DNA of 64,000 bases from the NCBI RefSeq assembly GCF_006345805.1, contig NC_043005.1, forward strand, positions 36,828,001-36,892,000, written 5' to 3'. Below are positions 52,550 to 64,000 of this stretch, one piece after another. Both the position numbers and the translations under genes were made by a program. The first letter of the stretch is position 1; each line of letters opens with the position of its first letter. Origin of the DNA: Octopus sinensis (taxonomy: Eukaryota). Under the pieces are notes generated by a model. It was not told the DNA's origin and did not search any database. It saw nothing but the letters and a program-made list of their open reading frames with translations.

Positions 52550-52652
52550 TTTTCTTTCATCCTTTCGAGGTCGATAAAATAAAGTACCAGTCGATTACTA
52601 AAACTAACTCCAACCCCTAAAAATTGCTGCATTTGTACCAAAATTTGAAACG
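52550..52652 (+). mobile_element. SINE family A, 3' part
   Basis: CTTTCATCCTTTCGAGGTCGATAAAATAAAGTACCAG..GTACCAAAATTTGAAAC. Confidence 0.7.
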
Positions 52653-52654
52653 GT

Positions 52655-52688
52655 AATAATGATGATAATAATAATAATAATAATAATA

Positions 52689-52749
<61 letters not shown>

Positions 52750-52751
52750 TG

Positions 52752-52794
<43 letters not shown>
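52655..52794. repeat. (TAA)n microsatellite
   Basis: Direct reading. Confidence 0.97.
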
Positions 52795-52795
<1 letters not shown>

Positions 52796-53586
52796 CAGGC
52801 ACCCCACACATCCCGGTCACCCCGACTGCCAAGGACACGTCAGGTAGGTACCCCTCTTCTCAACTACTCCGACTTACAGACGAATATTCAGAGTAGGCTT
52901 ATTCACGCGAGCCATTTTCGCAACATCCACCCACTTTTTGATAAACTTACCGGTTGGGGTGGGGGAAGAACTTTCGTCCCTATCATCACTTTCCTTTTCA
53001 AGTGGCACCCGAAGAGGAAAGTGTCTGTCTCCAGTCCTGTCAGTCTCGTCCACTACACTACCTTCTTCGCTATAGCGACCAGGCAGTAGAAAACTGCTTT
53101 TCCCTCCCAGCCAAGAGCGATACTCACAATAGACTCGGTTTATAAGCGGATCCGTCCTACACGTGACAACAGCTGTTCGACAAAGCTCCGCAAGTCAGTA
53201 ATGTACGGACACTGGACGAGTGCATGCAGGACGGTTTCATCGCCCTACGCACACCTCTTTTCTTTCACCAATCATGGTGGGGAGGACGGGGAAGTTCTCG
53301 TACGCAAATTACCGTACGGCTTTCCTTTCTCACTCCCGCTTTTCGTCGCCATCTTAATGTTTACTTTCTTCGAAGCAAATTTTCGAAGTAATTTGAAAAT
53401 AAAAAAGGTTTACATCGCCCACAAAATGGGGTTTGGTTAACAAACGTCAGTTCCCGCCCCAACCCGCAGAAGGGCAGTTGGCTTGCAAAACGATTTAAGC
53501 AACAAAATGCAGTATAGAACCTTTTAAACAAGTGAATTAGTCATAAACTTACAGCACTCGAAAAACACACCTTCAGCTGTGGTGAC
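52795..53586 (-). mobile_element. L1/Tx1-clade LINE derivative: ORF2 C-terminus plus 3' UTR joined to a putative 5' region
   Basis: RCA*GDETVLHALVQCP..VEQLLSRVGRIRL..AVFYCLVAIAKKVV*WTRL..HLKRKV (L1/Tx1 zinc-knuckle C-terminus). Confidence 0.72.
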
Positions 53587-53740
53587 AACAACAACAACAA
53601 CAACAATAATAATAATAGTTATATTAATGATAATAATGATGATGATGATGATGTAATGATGATGATGATTACGATGATGATGGTGAGGATGATGACGACG
53701 ACGAGGACGATGATGATGATGATGATACTGATGATATTAT

Positions 53741-53812
53741 TATGAGAGAGAGCAGTGCATGCCATCAAAGTGACACTGGGGTAAAATATACGAAGCCCAG
53801 TATACCCATCAT
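53741..53812 (-). mobile_element. 3' end of the ~540-bp (TAA)n-flanked repeat
   Basis: Reverse complement of GTCATGATGGGTATACTGGGCTTCGTATATTTTACCCCAGTGTCACTTTGATGGCATGCACTGCTCTCTC, as at 59340-59410. Confidence 0.88.
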
Positions 53813-53840
53813 GACTATTATTATTATTATTATTATTATT

Positions 53841-54248
53841 CTGTTTGACTTTTGCTTTATATTTGTACAAGTTGGCTCCAAGTCTCACCCAGAGACCTCA
53901 AGAGACAACAGGTTGGAAGTTCATGTTGTTGTTATGCCGAGTGTGCCATATATATGGGGGTGGGAGTTGGTGTTGTACTAATGAATGTCTAATAAAATTT
54001 TTTTTTTTTTTTTTAAACCGAAAATTATGTTTGTTTTAAACCTTGAGATTACATAGAAAGTATTTTGCGTAGGATACGAGCAGTTCCCATGAGCACTATC
54101 TTTTGAATTTCTGCCATTTTGGGGTTTCCTGGTATCTGAGTTAGGTAGCTATCAGCCCCTTTTGCTATCATTCCCAGGGCACCTATGACAACAGGTATTG
54201 TTTTAGTCTTCAGGTTCCACATTTTGCTGATTTCTATTTCAAGATCTT
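53841..54248 (-). mobile_element. R4/Dong-type 3' end (subfamily 4) with 3' UTR and (TAA)n tail
   Basis: KDLEIEISKMWNLKTKTIPVVIGALGMIAKG..EIQKIVLMGTARILRKILSM*. Confidence 0.9.
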
Positions 54249-54270
54249 TATTATTATTATTATTATTATT

Positions 54271-54374
54271 CAGTAGTTTTATTTTTATAGCGTGCTTTCA
54301 CTTCACTACCGAGCGCAGCTCTGTGTGCCTTGGGTATGTGTTGTGATTTGTTGTGATGCTCTGATGGTTATTGT
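54271..54374 (-). mobile_element. R4/Dong subfamily 2, 3' UTR fragment
   Basis: Near-identical to 11547-11650, same terminus CTACTG-(AAT)n. Confidence 0.9.
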
Positions 54375-54379
54375 GCATC

Positions 54380-54531
<152 letters not shown>

Positions 54532-55313
54532 CACCGGTCAGTGACATCAAATTTTACCACCACCGTGAGCTGCTGGTAAAGGTGGCTTCTATCACCTTCT
54601 TCCTCATCATCATCTTCACTACCATCGTTACTGCAAGCAACAACCCTAGCAATAAAAATTTTATCCGTCCCAGCTGCATCATCGTCGTCGTCGTCGTCAT
54701 CATCATCATCATTATTATCAAATATATTTCCATCATAATTATTATCCTCACCGCTTCCTCTTCCTTCTCATCATTACTCCACTAATCCCCACCCTCAGCA
54801 TTGCCATCGTCGTAGTAGCAATTCTCAAAGTCTTCTGTACGAAGAAGAAAAAAAACCTATAGGCGCCATTTTGACGCCATCAGTTAGAAGTCAGATCTAA
54901 TATTTGTGAGTCATATTGTTGAAGAATGGGAGTTAGTGTGTCAAAAGTTCAAACTATCGACACGATATATAGCAACTGATTCAGCTTTTTACCATTTTAT
55001 GCCAAGCGAGGACCAAACGGGGTGTGCAATAATCAAGCAAGACTTCCATTTGTTTTTCTGTTTTTGTTTGTTTTTTTTTTGCTTTTAAATGTAAAAGTAA
55101 TCCACGTATACACACGCACACAAGAATATTTAGAGCAATAATCAATGTATATGAGAAATGAGTGCGTTTATACATACATGCATACATACATACATACATA
55201 CATACATACATACATACATACATACATACATACATACATACATTCAGACATACATACATATATGTGTGTACGTACGTATATGTATATATATATATATATA
55301 TTGATATAGAAAT

Positions 55314-55376
<63 letters not shown>

Positions 55377-55638
55377 CATGTATATATAGAGAGATAAAAA
55401 GAGAGAGAGAAAGAGAAAGGGAAAGAGACAGTGTGAGTATATATAGTATATATACACGTATTTATATACAATTATGCGTATATTTACATAAATAAATACT
55501 CCACACTTACGCGCACGTGTATAGACTCACACGCACACACACGCAAAAATACACATATGTACAAATCCCGTGTCTGAAATACGCACAGTCATCTCTCACA
55601 TACACATCGATTATTTGTCTACAGTTTCCTGTATGCAT

Positions 55639-55688
<50 letters not shown>

Positions 55689-55866
55689 GCACACGCGCAC
55701 ACACACATATGTATACATAAAGTCAAATATGACAGAGAAATAGTTACATGAAATCTTATTGTACAATAAGAAAACTCAAATATCACGATAAATTGTTTCG
55801 TAGCTTAAATTCTTCATTAGCATCAAAGATATTTTATATTTTGCATGCAAATATATACATATACGT

Positions 55867-55898
<32 letters not shown>

Positions 55899-56339
55899 AT
55901 GTATGTATGTATGTATGTATGTTTGTTGCAGAAGGCGTCCAAGAGTCTTAGAAAAGTTTCAAAACCGTCAGTTCAGAACCAAATGAAAATTCATTAATGA
56001 ATAACGACAGGAACCATAATGTGTCGGTAATAAATAGAGCTGAAAAAGCAAGATGAACTGGTTTATTAAGAGCGTGGTTGCCTCTAAGCACATTTGTGAA
56101 CGTACATATATTCATATATATTGCTACATTGAAATATATTAAGACCTCCGTTTGAAAAGTATCACGAATGAATTGTACTAAGGCAACTTCGTCATATATC
56201 TTTGTTGACAAAAGTCTTTTTTCTGTCTTATAAGAGTAATAATACCTTCAGCTGTTTTCACGGCTATACAGCTTTCGAAATATTACATTCTTTTCTGTAC
56301 AAAACAATATTATTAGAATTATTTACTTCGTTTTAATAA

Positions 56340-56530
56340 TTTAACTGCAGCTGAGTTGGGGTGCTGCCTTGAAGGAGTCAATTGGCAAAATTGATCTCAG
56401 TATTTGTCTTAAGTCCGATGCTTTTCTTATCGTGAACCGCTATATTACAGTGACGTAAACAAACCTACAACAGTTGTGAAGCTGTAGAGGGTCGAACACA
56501 GAGATGCACATACACCCACTCTCTCTTTCT
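56340..56530 (-). mobile_element. SINE family B, 3' half, degenerate
   Basis: GAACCGCTATATTACAGTGACGTAAACAAACC resembles 31805-31835. Confidence 0.5.
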
Positions 56531-56926
56531 CTCTCTCTCCCTCTCACACACATACGCACAATCACACACACAGATATACATGTAGAATGAGCTTCAAAAG
56601 TGTTCCCTGCTACTAAATTCACCCACATATGCATACCTACATACATACTATATAAATACAACCATTCTTATATATAAACATGCACACGCTCGCGAGCGCA
56701 CACGCATACGCATACACGCATCTTGTAAATGCTATGAGTGGCAAGTACTAGTTCTATGCATTTAAATATCAGAACAATGAGTGGTTAAATGTATTTTTAT
56801 TACTCTTTCCACAATTCAAGAACACAACCTCTTTAACAGTATTATAGTTCACGTATATAATAATATATTCACGAGTCGATGCGGGCAGCAGTGACTGAGT
56901 AAAACTAAAGAAAATTTAGATCAGTT

Positions 56927-56967
<41 letters not shown>

Positions 56968-57014
56968 TGGTTTTAAGTTTATATGATTATATAACTAAAT
57001 CTATTTCCATTCGA

Positions 57015-57440
<426 letters not shown>

Positions 57441-58196
57441 GACTGACAGATTTATGGACGTGGAAATAAAGTTACATTCATATAAATATCAACATCACAC
57501 GTCGTCGCATTGTCTCCTCCATTGGTTTGCACTTTCTTTACTCTACAGTTAGCTGGAAATTAATTCACGCTCCCATGCATGTGTCTGTCTATTCACACAC
57601 ACACACACACACGGAGTTCGTTTCTCTTTTGGAAGAACATGACACGAAATACTCTTTCCCAATATTGTTTGTTGCTGTTCTCGTTATAGTCATAGATGTC
57701 TTCGCCTAAAGTCAGACATGATCAAAGACATTCATAATGAAATTCATTCTACTCATAGTAACTTTCCTTTTCCTTTTCCTCTTCCTTATCTGTTCAATAT
57801 AGTTTATCTAGGACTACATTATCTGATGTGTTCATTATCTTTTTAAAGACAATAAAAGAATTGCAGGTAAACTGGTTGCTGTTTCTAAAAACGGTTGATA
57901 ACAGCATCGAAACCCACTTAGTTCAAATCTTTCTACCTCTGCTCTAATCTGTGCGTAAAGGAGATATTAAACAGTTAATGAACATAAATATTCAATGCTA
58001 AAGCTCGAAGAAGGTACCACACAAACTCCATTGTTATCAACATCAACATCAGCATCAACAACTGAAGCAATATAACAATTAAACAATATTTCTGATTGTT
58101 GCTGGACGGAAACACATTGCCCTTTTTTTCATACTACAGATGAACATATAGACCTTCTTTGCAAAGTAATGACAAAAAGGGGTACATTTGATGTGT

Positions 58197-58249
<53 letters not shown>

Positions 58250-58275
58250 TAATAATAATGATAATAATAATAATA

Positions 58276-58794
58276 GGCTCTCGTGGCTTCTGATCTTAAC
58301 TGATTGGATGTGTTATCATGTACATTCTTTTGTCTTGGTATAAAAGATGGGCTTCAGCAAATATTCTGTTCAATACCACGGATTTGCTTGTCAGTTGTTT
58401 GACCTTAACCAGTTGAACATGTCCCTTAGTGGCTCACGATATGTGCATCTCTGGTCACAAGCAGAAGTAGTGGGGGAGCATCATAACCATGTGTTGAGAG
58501 GGATTCTTTGGAGTTTGAATATTTCACCTCTGGAAACATAGGTGTTTCGTTCAACATCCTTAAACAAGATGTTTGAGCGGGATTGGCTACTCGACCAGAA
58601 GAAAATTCTAACTAGGCCCCACCTGCAAGGTCATGTGCTGTTTATTTTGATATGAGATCATCATGACGCACACATATGGTTGTGATGCATGTGACTAGTG
58701 TACCCTTATCAGACGGGTAGTCATGATGGGTACACTGGGCTTTGTATATTTTTACCCCAATGTCACTTTGATGGCATGCACTGCTCTCTTACTC
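58276..58794 (+). mobile_element. ~520-bp non-coding repeat flanked by (TAA)n, copy 1
   Basis: About 90% identical to 58855-59410; (TAA)n on both sides. Confidence 0.82.
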
Positions 58795-58854
<60 letters not shown>

Positions 58855-59410
58855 TGCCCTGATGCAGTACCAGGCAGTGGCTCTCATGGCTTCTGATCTT
58901 AACTGATTGGAAGTGTTATCATGTACATTGTTTTGTCTTGGTATAAAAGATGGGCTACAGCAAATATTCTGCTCAATACCACAGATTTGCTTGTCAGTTG
59001 TTTGACCTTAATCAGTTGAGCATGTCCCTTAGTGGCTGACAATATGTGCATCTCTGATCACGAGCAGAAGTAGTGGGGGAGCATCATAGCCATGTGTTGA
59101 GAGGGATTCTTTGTGGTTTGAATAATTCGCCTCTGGAAACATGGGTGGTTCTTTCAACATCTTTAAACAACCCTTATTCAGGGACCTTTTGAGCGGGATG
59201 GGCTACTCAACCTGAAGAAATTTCTTAACTGAGCCCCACCTGCAAGGTCATGTGCTGTTTATCTTGATATGAGATCACCATGTCGCGCACATAAGGTTGT
59301 GATGCATGTGCCTGGTGTACCCTTATCAGACAGGTAGTCATGATGGGTATATTGGGCTTCGTATATTTTACCCCAGTGTCACTTTGATGGCATGAACTGC
59401 TCTCTCACTC
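58855..59410 (+). mobile_element. ~555-bp non-coding repeat flanked by (TAA)n, copy 2
   Basis: Tandem partner of copy 1, separated by 60 bp of (TAA)n. Confidence 0.82.
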
Positions 59411-59468
<58 letters not shown>

Positions 59469-60055
59469 TTTTCTTAAGTAACCAGAAGATGGATTTGGTA
59501 TTAATCTTTATTTTCTACAACGGTCGTTTCGACCCATCCTGCTACTGTCCCTTATAGGTGGGACTCCGTTCGACATGGGTTGCATCCACTTTGCAGTCTG
59601 GGTTTCATCAGGTACATCCATACATAAGCGTGAGTCTCACCAAAGATCCTAAACTTTGGTTGTCATGTTGTTATATTCCCGTCTGGTTAGGGAATGAAAC
59701 ATATCTACAGTTTTCAATTAGTGTTATCTGACAAAATTCCGAACTAAAATTTGCCAGTGAACAGGTCGCGGTTTCAAAGCGACGAAAATATTTTGGCAAA
59801 TTAAATTTAAATGTTGAAGTGAATCTAACGGTTTTTGTATGTTTCCTAAATGGCTTATAAACACCTTCCACGTTGCAATTGTTTTCGTTCCAGCACACAC
59901 TGATATCAGGTCACTTGCTATGCAAGTACATCTCCGTAATATATATATATATATATATTGTTATATTTCGGGGTAGTCATTTTTTAATATTCATTTTTTC
60001 TTAACAAATTAGCACGCGCTCTATTATATCCATTCTTTAGTCATTTAATATTGTT

Positions 60056-60134
60056 CTTTCGTCACACACCTGTAACTTCTTCAGCGACGGCACGCAGCAT
60101 AGGGGCTGAAGAGGTCACTGGTGTGTGACGAAAG
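60056..60134. repeat. 30-bp-arm fold-back containing two inverted hammerhead-like cores
   Basis: 60056-60085 pairs with 60105-60134; the outer 15 bp are perfect. Confidence 0.88.
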
Positions 60135-60140
60135 ATTTCC
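60103..60140 (+). ncRNA. Candidate hammerhead variant with intact CUGANGA/GAAA core
   Basis: GGG-CTGAAGA-G-GTCAC(TGGTGT)GTGAC-GAAA-GA-TT-TCC; stem I is weak. Confidence 0.45.
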
Positions 60141-60916
60141 GGACGATGGACATAAGATAAAATAAGAACAATAATAAACGAATGAAAGGATGTATAGTGC
60201 GTGTGCTTTTGGGGGCAGAAAAAATTGCCGTCCCGAAATATAACAATCCCTGTTCCAACATACGTTTTCGTATCAGGAATTTTGCAATACAAATTCATAT
60301 ACATACTTACATACATAAGTGTGTGTGTGTGTGGTGTATGTGTGTGTGTTATGGGAATGTATATGTATATGCTTGTATATGTAGGTATGTATATGCATGT
60401 ATATATTTTCTCAACATGCGTTTATGTATAAACCTCATGTTGTTTGACCTACTTAGAAAACGACATGAAAAGACCTGATTGCTGAGAAGCCATAACAGGC
60501 AAACATAGCGTCAGAACACAAATATAGTTAAGTCCTTACATATGTAACAGAATGAATCGAAGAAACTTCGCTAAACTGAAATTATTGATACAATTAGTAA
60601 ACAAACTTTCCGAAGAGTTACTGATGCATGCGTGATCCTTGCTCCCTTTATAAACATAATAAAATGTGAAGGATGTAGTACAAGTTGGTAGGTCAAATCT
60701 GTACCAAGCAAATACACACACACACACACACACACACACACCACACACCATGAGTACATACACATGTCATAACAGGAATATGATGGAGACAGAGAAGAGT
60801 GGGTTGTCGTCGAATCGATTTAGCTAACTGAACTATTTCAGCTCAACTTTCTTGCCAATCTAATAGCATTTAAGGCTTAGATATGATATATTAAATATAT
60901 AGCAAAAGCAAAAGCA

Positions 60917-60983
<67 letters not shown>

Positions 60984-61394
60984 CAAACAACAACAACGAC
61001 AACAATGAAATGCAATAAAAAAATGATAGTTCCATCAGAACTGACACAAAATCCCTCGTATATGTCTGTTTGGAAATTTCCCTGAGACATAAACATGGTA
61101 TTTTTTTTCTTAGAGCTTGGAGGAAGCGGATGAGTAGCAGAAGAAGTGATGGTATTAAGGGTAGTGATATATTTGTGGTGATAGTGATGGTAGAGGGGTG
61201 ATAGTACTAGAAGGAGGAGTAGCAGTAGTAGTAATGGTTCTAGGGATAGTGGTGATAGTAGCATGGTAAGTACTAGCAGGTGTAATAGTGGAGGAGTGAT
61301 GGTAGTAGTAGTAGTAGTAGTAGTACTAGTAGTAGTAGTAGTAGGAGGAGGTGGAAGCAGCAGCAGGAGCAACAACGACTGTCATAGTCGCTGT

Positions 61395-61560
61395 ACGTAT
61401 CGTTGTAAGGTGCGGGGGACCTCGCTGTGCAATCACGCCCTTTCGTGTTTAGTCTCACAGCACCTTGGTCAAGTGTCTTCACATATAGCTCCGGGTCAAC
61501 CAATGAACCAATTGCTGTGAGGGAATTTGGTAGACGGGACTCTGAGGAAGCCAGTCCTAT
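61395..61560 (+). mobile_element. SINE family B, 5' half, degenerate
   Basis: CACCTTGGTCAAGTGTCTTC..TATAGCTCCGGG..GAATTTGGTAGACGG. Confidence 0.6.
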
Positions 61561-61578
61561 ATATATTTATATATATAT

Positions 61579-61610
<32 letters not shown>

Positions 61611-62199
61611 ATGGAGAGAGAGAGAGAGAGAGAGAGAGATAGATATATACATACATACTTACATACATACACAAATATACATACATTCATCATACATACA
61701 TACTCGCATGTATATATACAAACAGCACACACTTCACACTTACGCGTAGGTAAATGGATCGAATCCTTACGGTTCCAAAGCGAATATCTTAAACAGTCTG
61801 ACATACATATAACGGAACATACACTTATATGCATGTACACAGCTATATACAGGTACACATTTTAATCACGTGATTAAGAAGTATGTATTCCTATCAGCTC
61901 ATTCAGGGTTTTATCGCAATGGGTGACATCTTGGATACGTTTTATGCCATGACTGTGTGCCTGAAACTGAGCAGACAAAGTATGGAAGTCGATCAAATTA
62001 AGGAGTTGGTAAACCTAAATCTCTGTCTGGATTAAAATCAACCCTTGGTCATTTGGCGCTTTTAACAAGGTCTATTTAGATCTAGGGCTCTGGACGGATG
62101 CTACTGGTGTGGGTGTCTGAGGTGCGTTACCTCTTATTTTGCTTTTCGCAAATATCATCATCATCATCCTCAATTACTGGACATTACTGACGCGAATCC

Positions 62200-62410
62200 T
62201 AAGACTTATAGCGTCGGTTGACTGGGTTCCATGACGCACAAGTGATCGAGATCACAACATCCTTCGCTGAACGGGACGCCAGTCGGTGGCAGTGTTAACT
62301 GCTGAGTTGACTGGAGCAAAGTGAAATGAAGAGCTTTGCTCAGGAACACATCGCATTGTCGTGTCCGCGAATCGACGTTTCGATCGTGCGATCGCAAATA
62401 CAGTAGCTCT
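62200..62410 (-). mobile_element. Degenerate SINE sharing the family C/D core
   Basis: GCTGAGTTGACTGGAGCAAAGTGAAATGAAGAGCTTTGCTCAGGAACACA. Confidence 0.6.
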
Positions 62411-62834
62411 ACAAAAGTCTTGGATCAACAAAAGTTACCAGATATACATTTATTTTAGCACATTTGCCCTGACTAGCATATCTCTTCTAACTCACTAAAA
62501 GAATAGCTGCATAGAAACAGGACGCAACAAGGCAAAAAAAACTCGCATATTTTACATGGCCGTTGGTATGAAGCTAGTAAAATTAGGCAGAATGTAATGG
62601 TGTCTTCATGTAGCTAATGGTTTATATTTTTTCTTCAGTTACCATTTTAATTTAGATAGGAGCACGTTATGTGTTTGCTGCTAAATCATTTATCAAGAAT
62701 GGTGTACCTAGGAGGATTTTGGCCGCATCATTTTTTATCTTTTATTTTGACACTGATTCGAATTGACAATTTCCATTTATGTAAATTCGAAGTCGAACGA
62801 TATTTTCACATGAACATTCTGCACTTCTCATTAA

Positions 62835-62902
62835 GAAAAGGTAATAGTATCTACGAAAAGGTAATAGTTTCTACGAAAAGGTAATAGTTTCTTCGAAAAG
62901 GT
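62835..62902 (+). repeat. 20-bp minisatellite, ~3.4 units
   Basis: GAAAAGGTAATAGT(A/T)TCT(A/T)C repeated at 62835, 62855 and 62875, partial at 62895. Confidence 0.92.
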
Positions 62903-63238
62903 GGTCTTTCCTCTGGCACTGAGGCTTCACATGTTTGTTTACTTGCTGGTTTATTATGTTGAGTATCCATGGATCTTGGATTACAAAGTGACCCTGTAAA
63001 TTTTGATGTGATGTACGAGACCAAGATTAGCTATATCTCCTGTGAATTCCAGCACCGTTCATGAATTTAGTTATACCCAGCCCGGGTATAACATTTCTGG
63101 GGGGTGTGCAAAGCATTTTCGTGTTATGGTATATCCATTTAGCATGGAAAATCACGAATTATTTGACATATATACACGGTTGTACATAGATACATACAAA
63201 CATACATACCTACATCCATCCATACATACATACATACA

Positions 63239-63349
<111 letters not shown>

Positions 63350-63914
63350 AGTTTGTATGTATGTATGAATGCAAGTGTATGGGTGTATGTTTTAGCATGC
63401 TAGATTGCGTATAGGTAAATTTTTTGTCTGTGAATGCTTATGAGATTTTTGCATGTATATATGAATACGTATCATTATATTTCCTAGAAATGTTAGTTCT
63501 TCAATGCACAACTATTGCAACTACACACACACATACGCAAATGCACATACACTCTCACATGCACACACACACACACTAACACGCACATTTGTAAATATAT
63601 GTAATATTCTATTTGCGCTTTTGCTTACATTTAATCATTTTCGCGTCTGCCTAGAATGACTCAAGGCACTTTATGCGTATACATGAATGAATTAGTATTA
63701 TTTATAACACTGTGGTGTTTTTATTGTGTGTGTGTGTGTGTCGGTGTGAGTATGTGCATGTGTGTACTTACGATTGTACGTGGATGAGAGTATTTTCGAA
63801 TGTGTGAAAAAAATTTCATTATCTGACAAGCTGTGACGTAAAATCGTGTTTAACAAACTTTAAAACATAGATAGAACGAAGAATGTAAAAAAGGACAGGT
63901 AAACAGCATGACAG

Positions 63915-63918
63915 GCAA

Positions 63919-63949
<31 letters not shown>

Positions 63950-63950
63950 T

Positions 63951-63991
<41 letters not shown>

Positions 63992-64000
63992 CAGACAGAC
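63915..64000. repeat. (GATA)n microsatellite
   Basis: Direct reading. Confidence 0.95.

Noticed and set aside
54540-54885. Acidic D/E-rich minus-strand frame with a strong acceptor and paired CGCCAT (YY1-like) motifs
   Set aside because: Decayed GAT/GGT triplet repeat with in-frame stops; the motifs alone do not establish a promoter.
58200-59467. Repeat-spacer pattern as a CRISPR array
   Set aside because: Eukaryotic microsatellites separating two homologous elements; no unique spacers or cas genes.
63070-63092. 9-bp hairpin GTTATACCC/GGGTATAAC
   Set aside because: Isolated, with no CTRR end or partner terminus.

Overview
AT-rich, repeat-saturated eukaryotic DNA with very dense TA/CA/GATA/TAA microsatellites. 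The SINE and LINE repertoire looks like a cephalopod (Octopus-type) genome; this is an inference, not a database match. I can support no intact host protein-coding gene, tRNA or rRNA, and almost all ORF-track entries are microsatellite or antisense artefacts. Recognisable content is decayed transposable elements: a CR1/L2-type LINE and an APE fragment; five R4/Dong-type fragments tied to (TAA)n tracts; a Penelope-like RT fragment; an internally deleted L1/Tx1 element; Tc1/mariner relics (DD37D maT, a DD36E Tc1, a classical mariner); a non-autonomous Helitron; a palindrome-packed MITE; and many tRNA-derived SINEs. Most interesting: (1) short repeats carrying minimal type I hammerhead-like motifs with an extra purine in the core, including an inverted head-to-head pair; (2) chains of different (TAA)n-tailed elements inserted into each other's tails; (3) several long fold-back palindromes; (4) a SINE>Tc1>Helitron nest; (5) a weak class A GPCR TM1-TM2-like reading frame. 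Coordinates and identities were estimated by eye.
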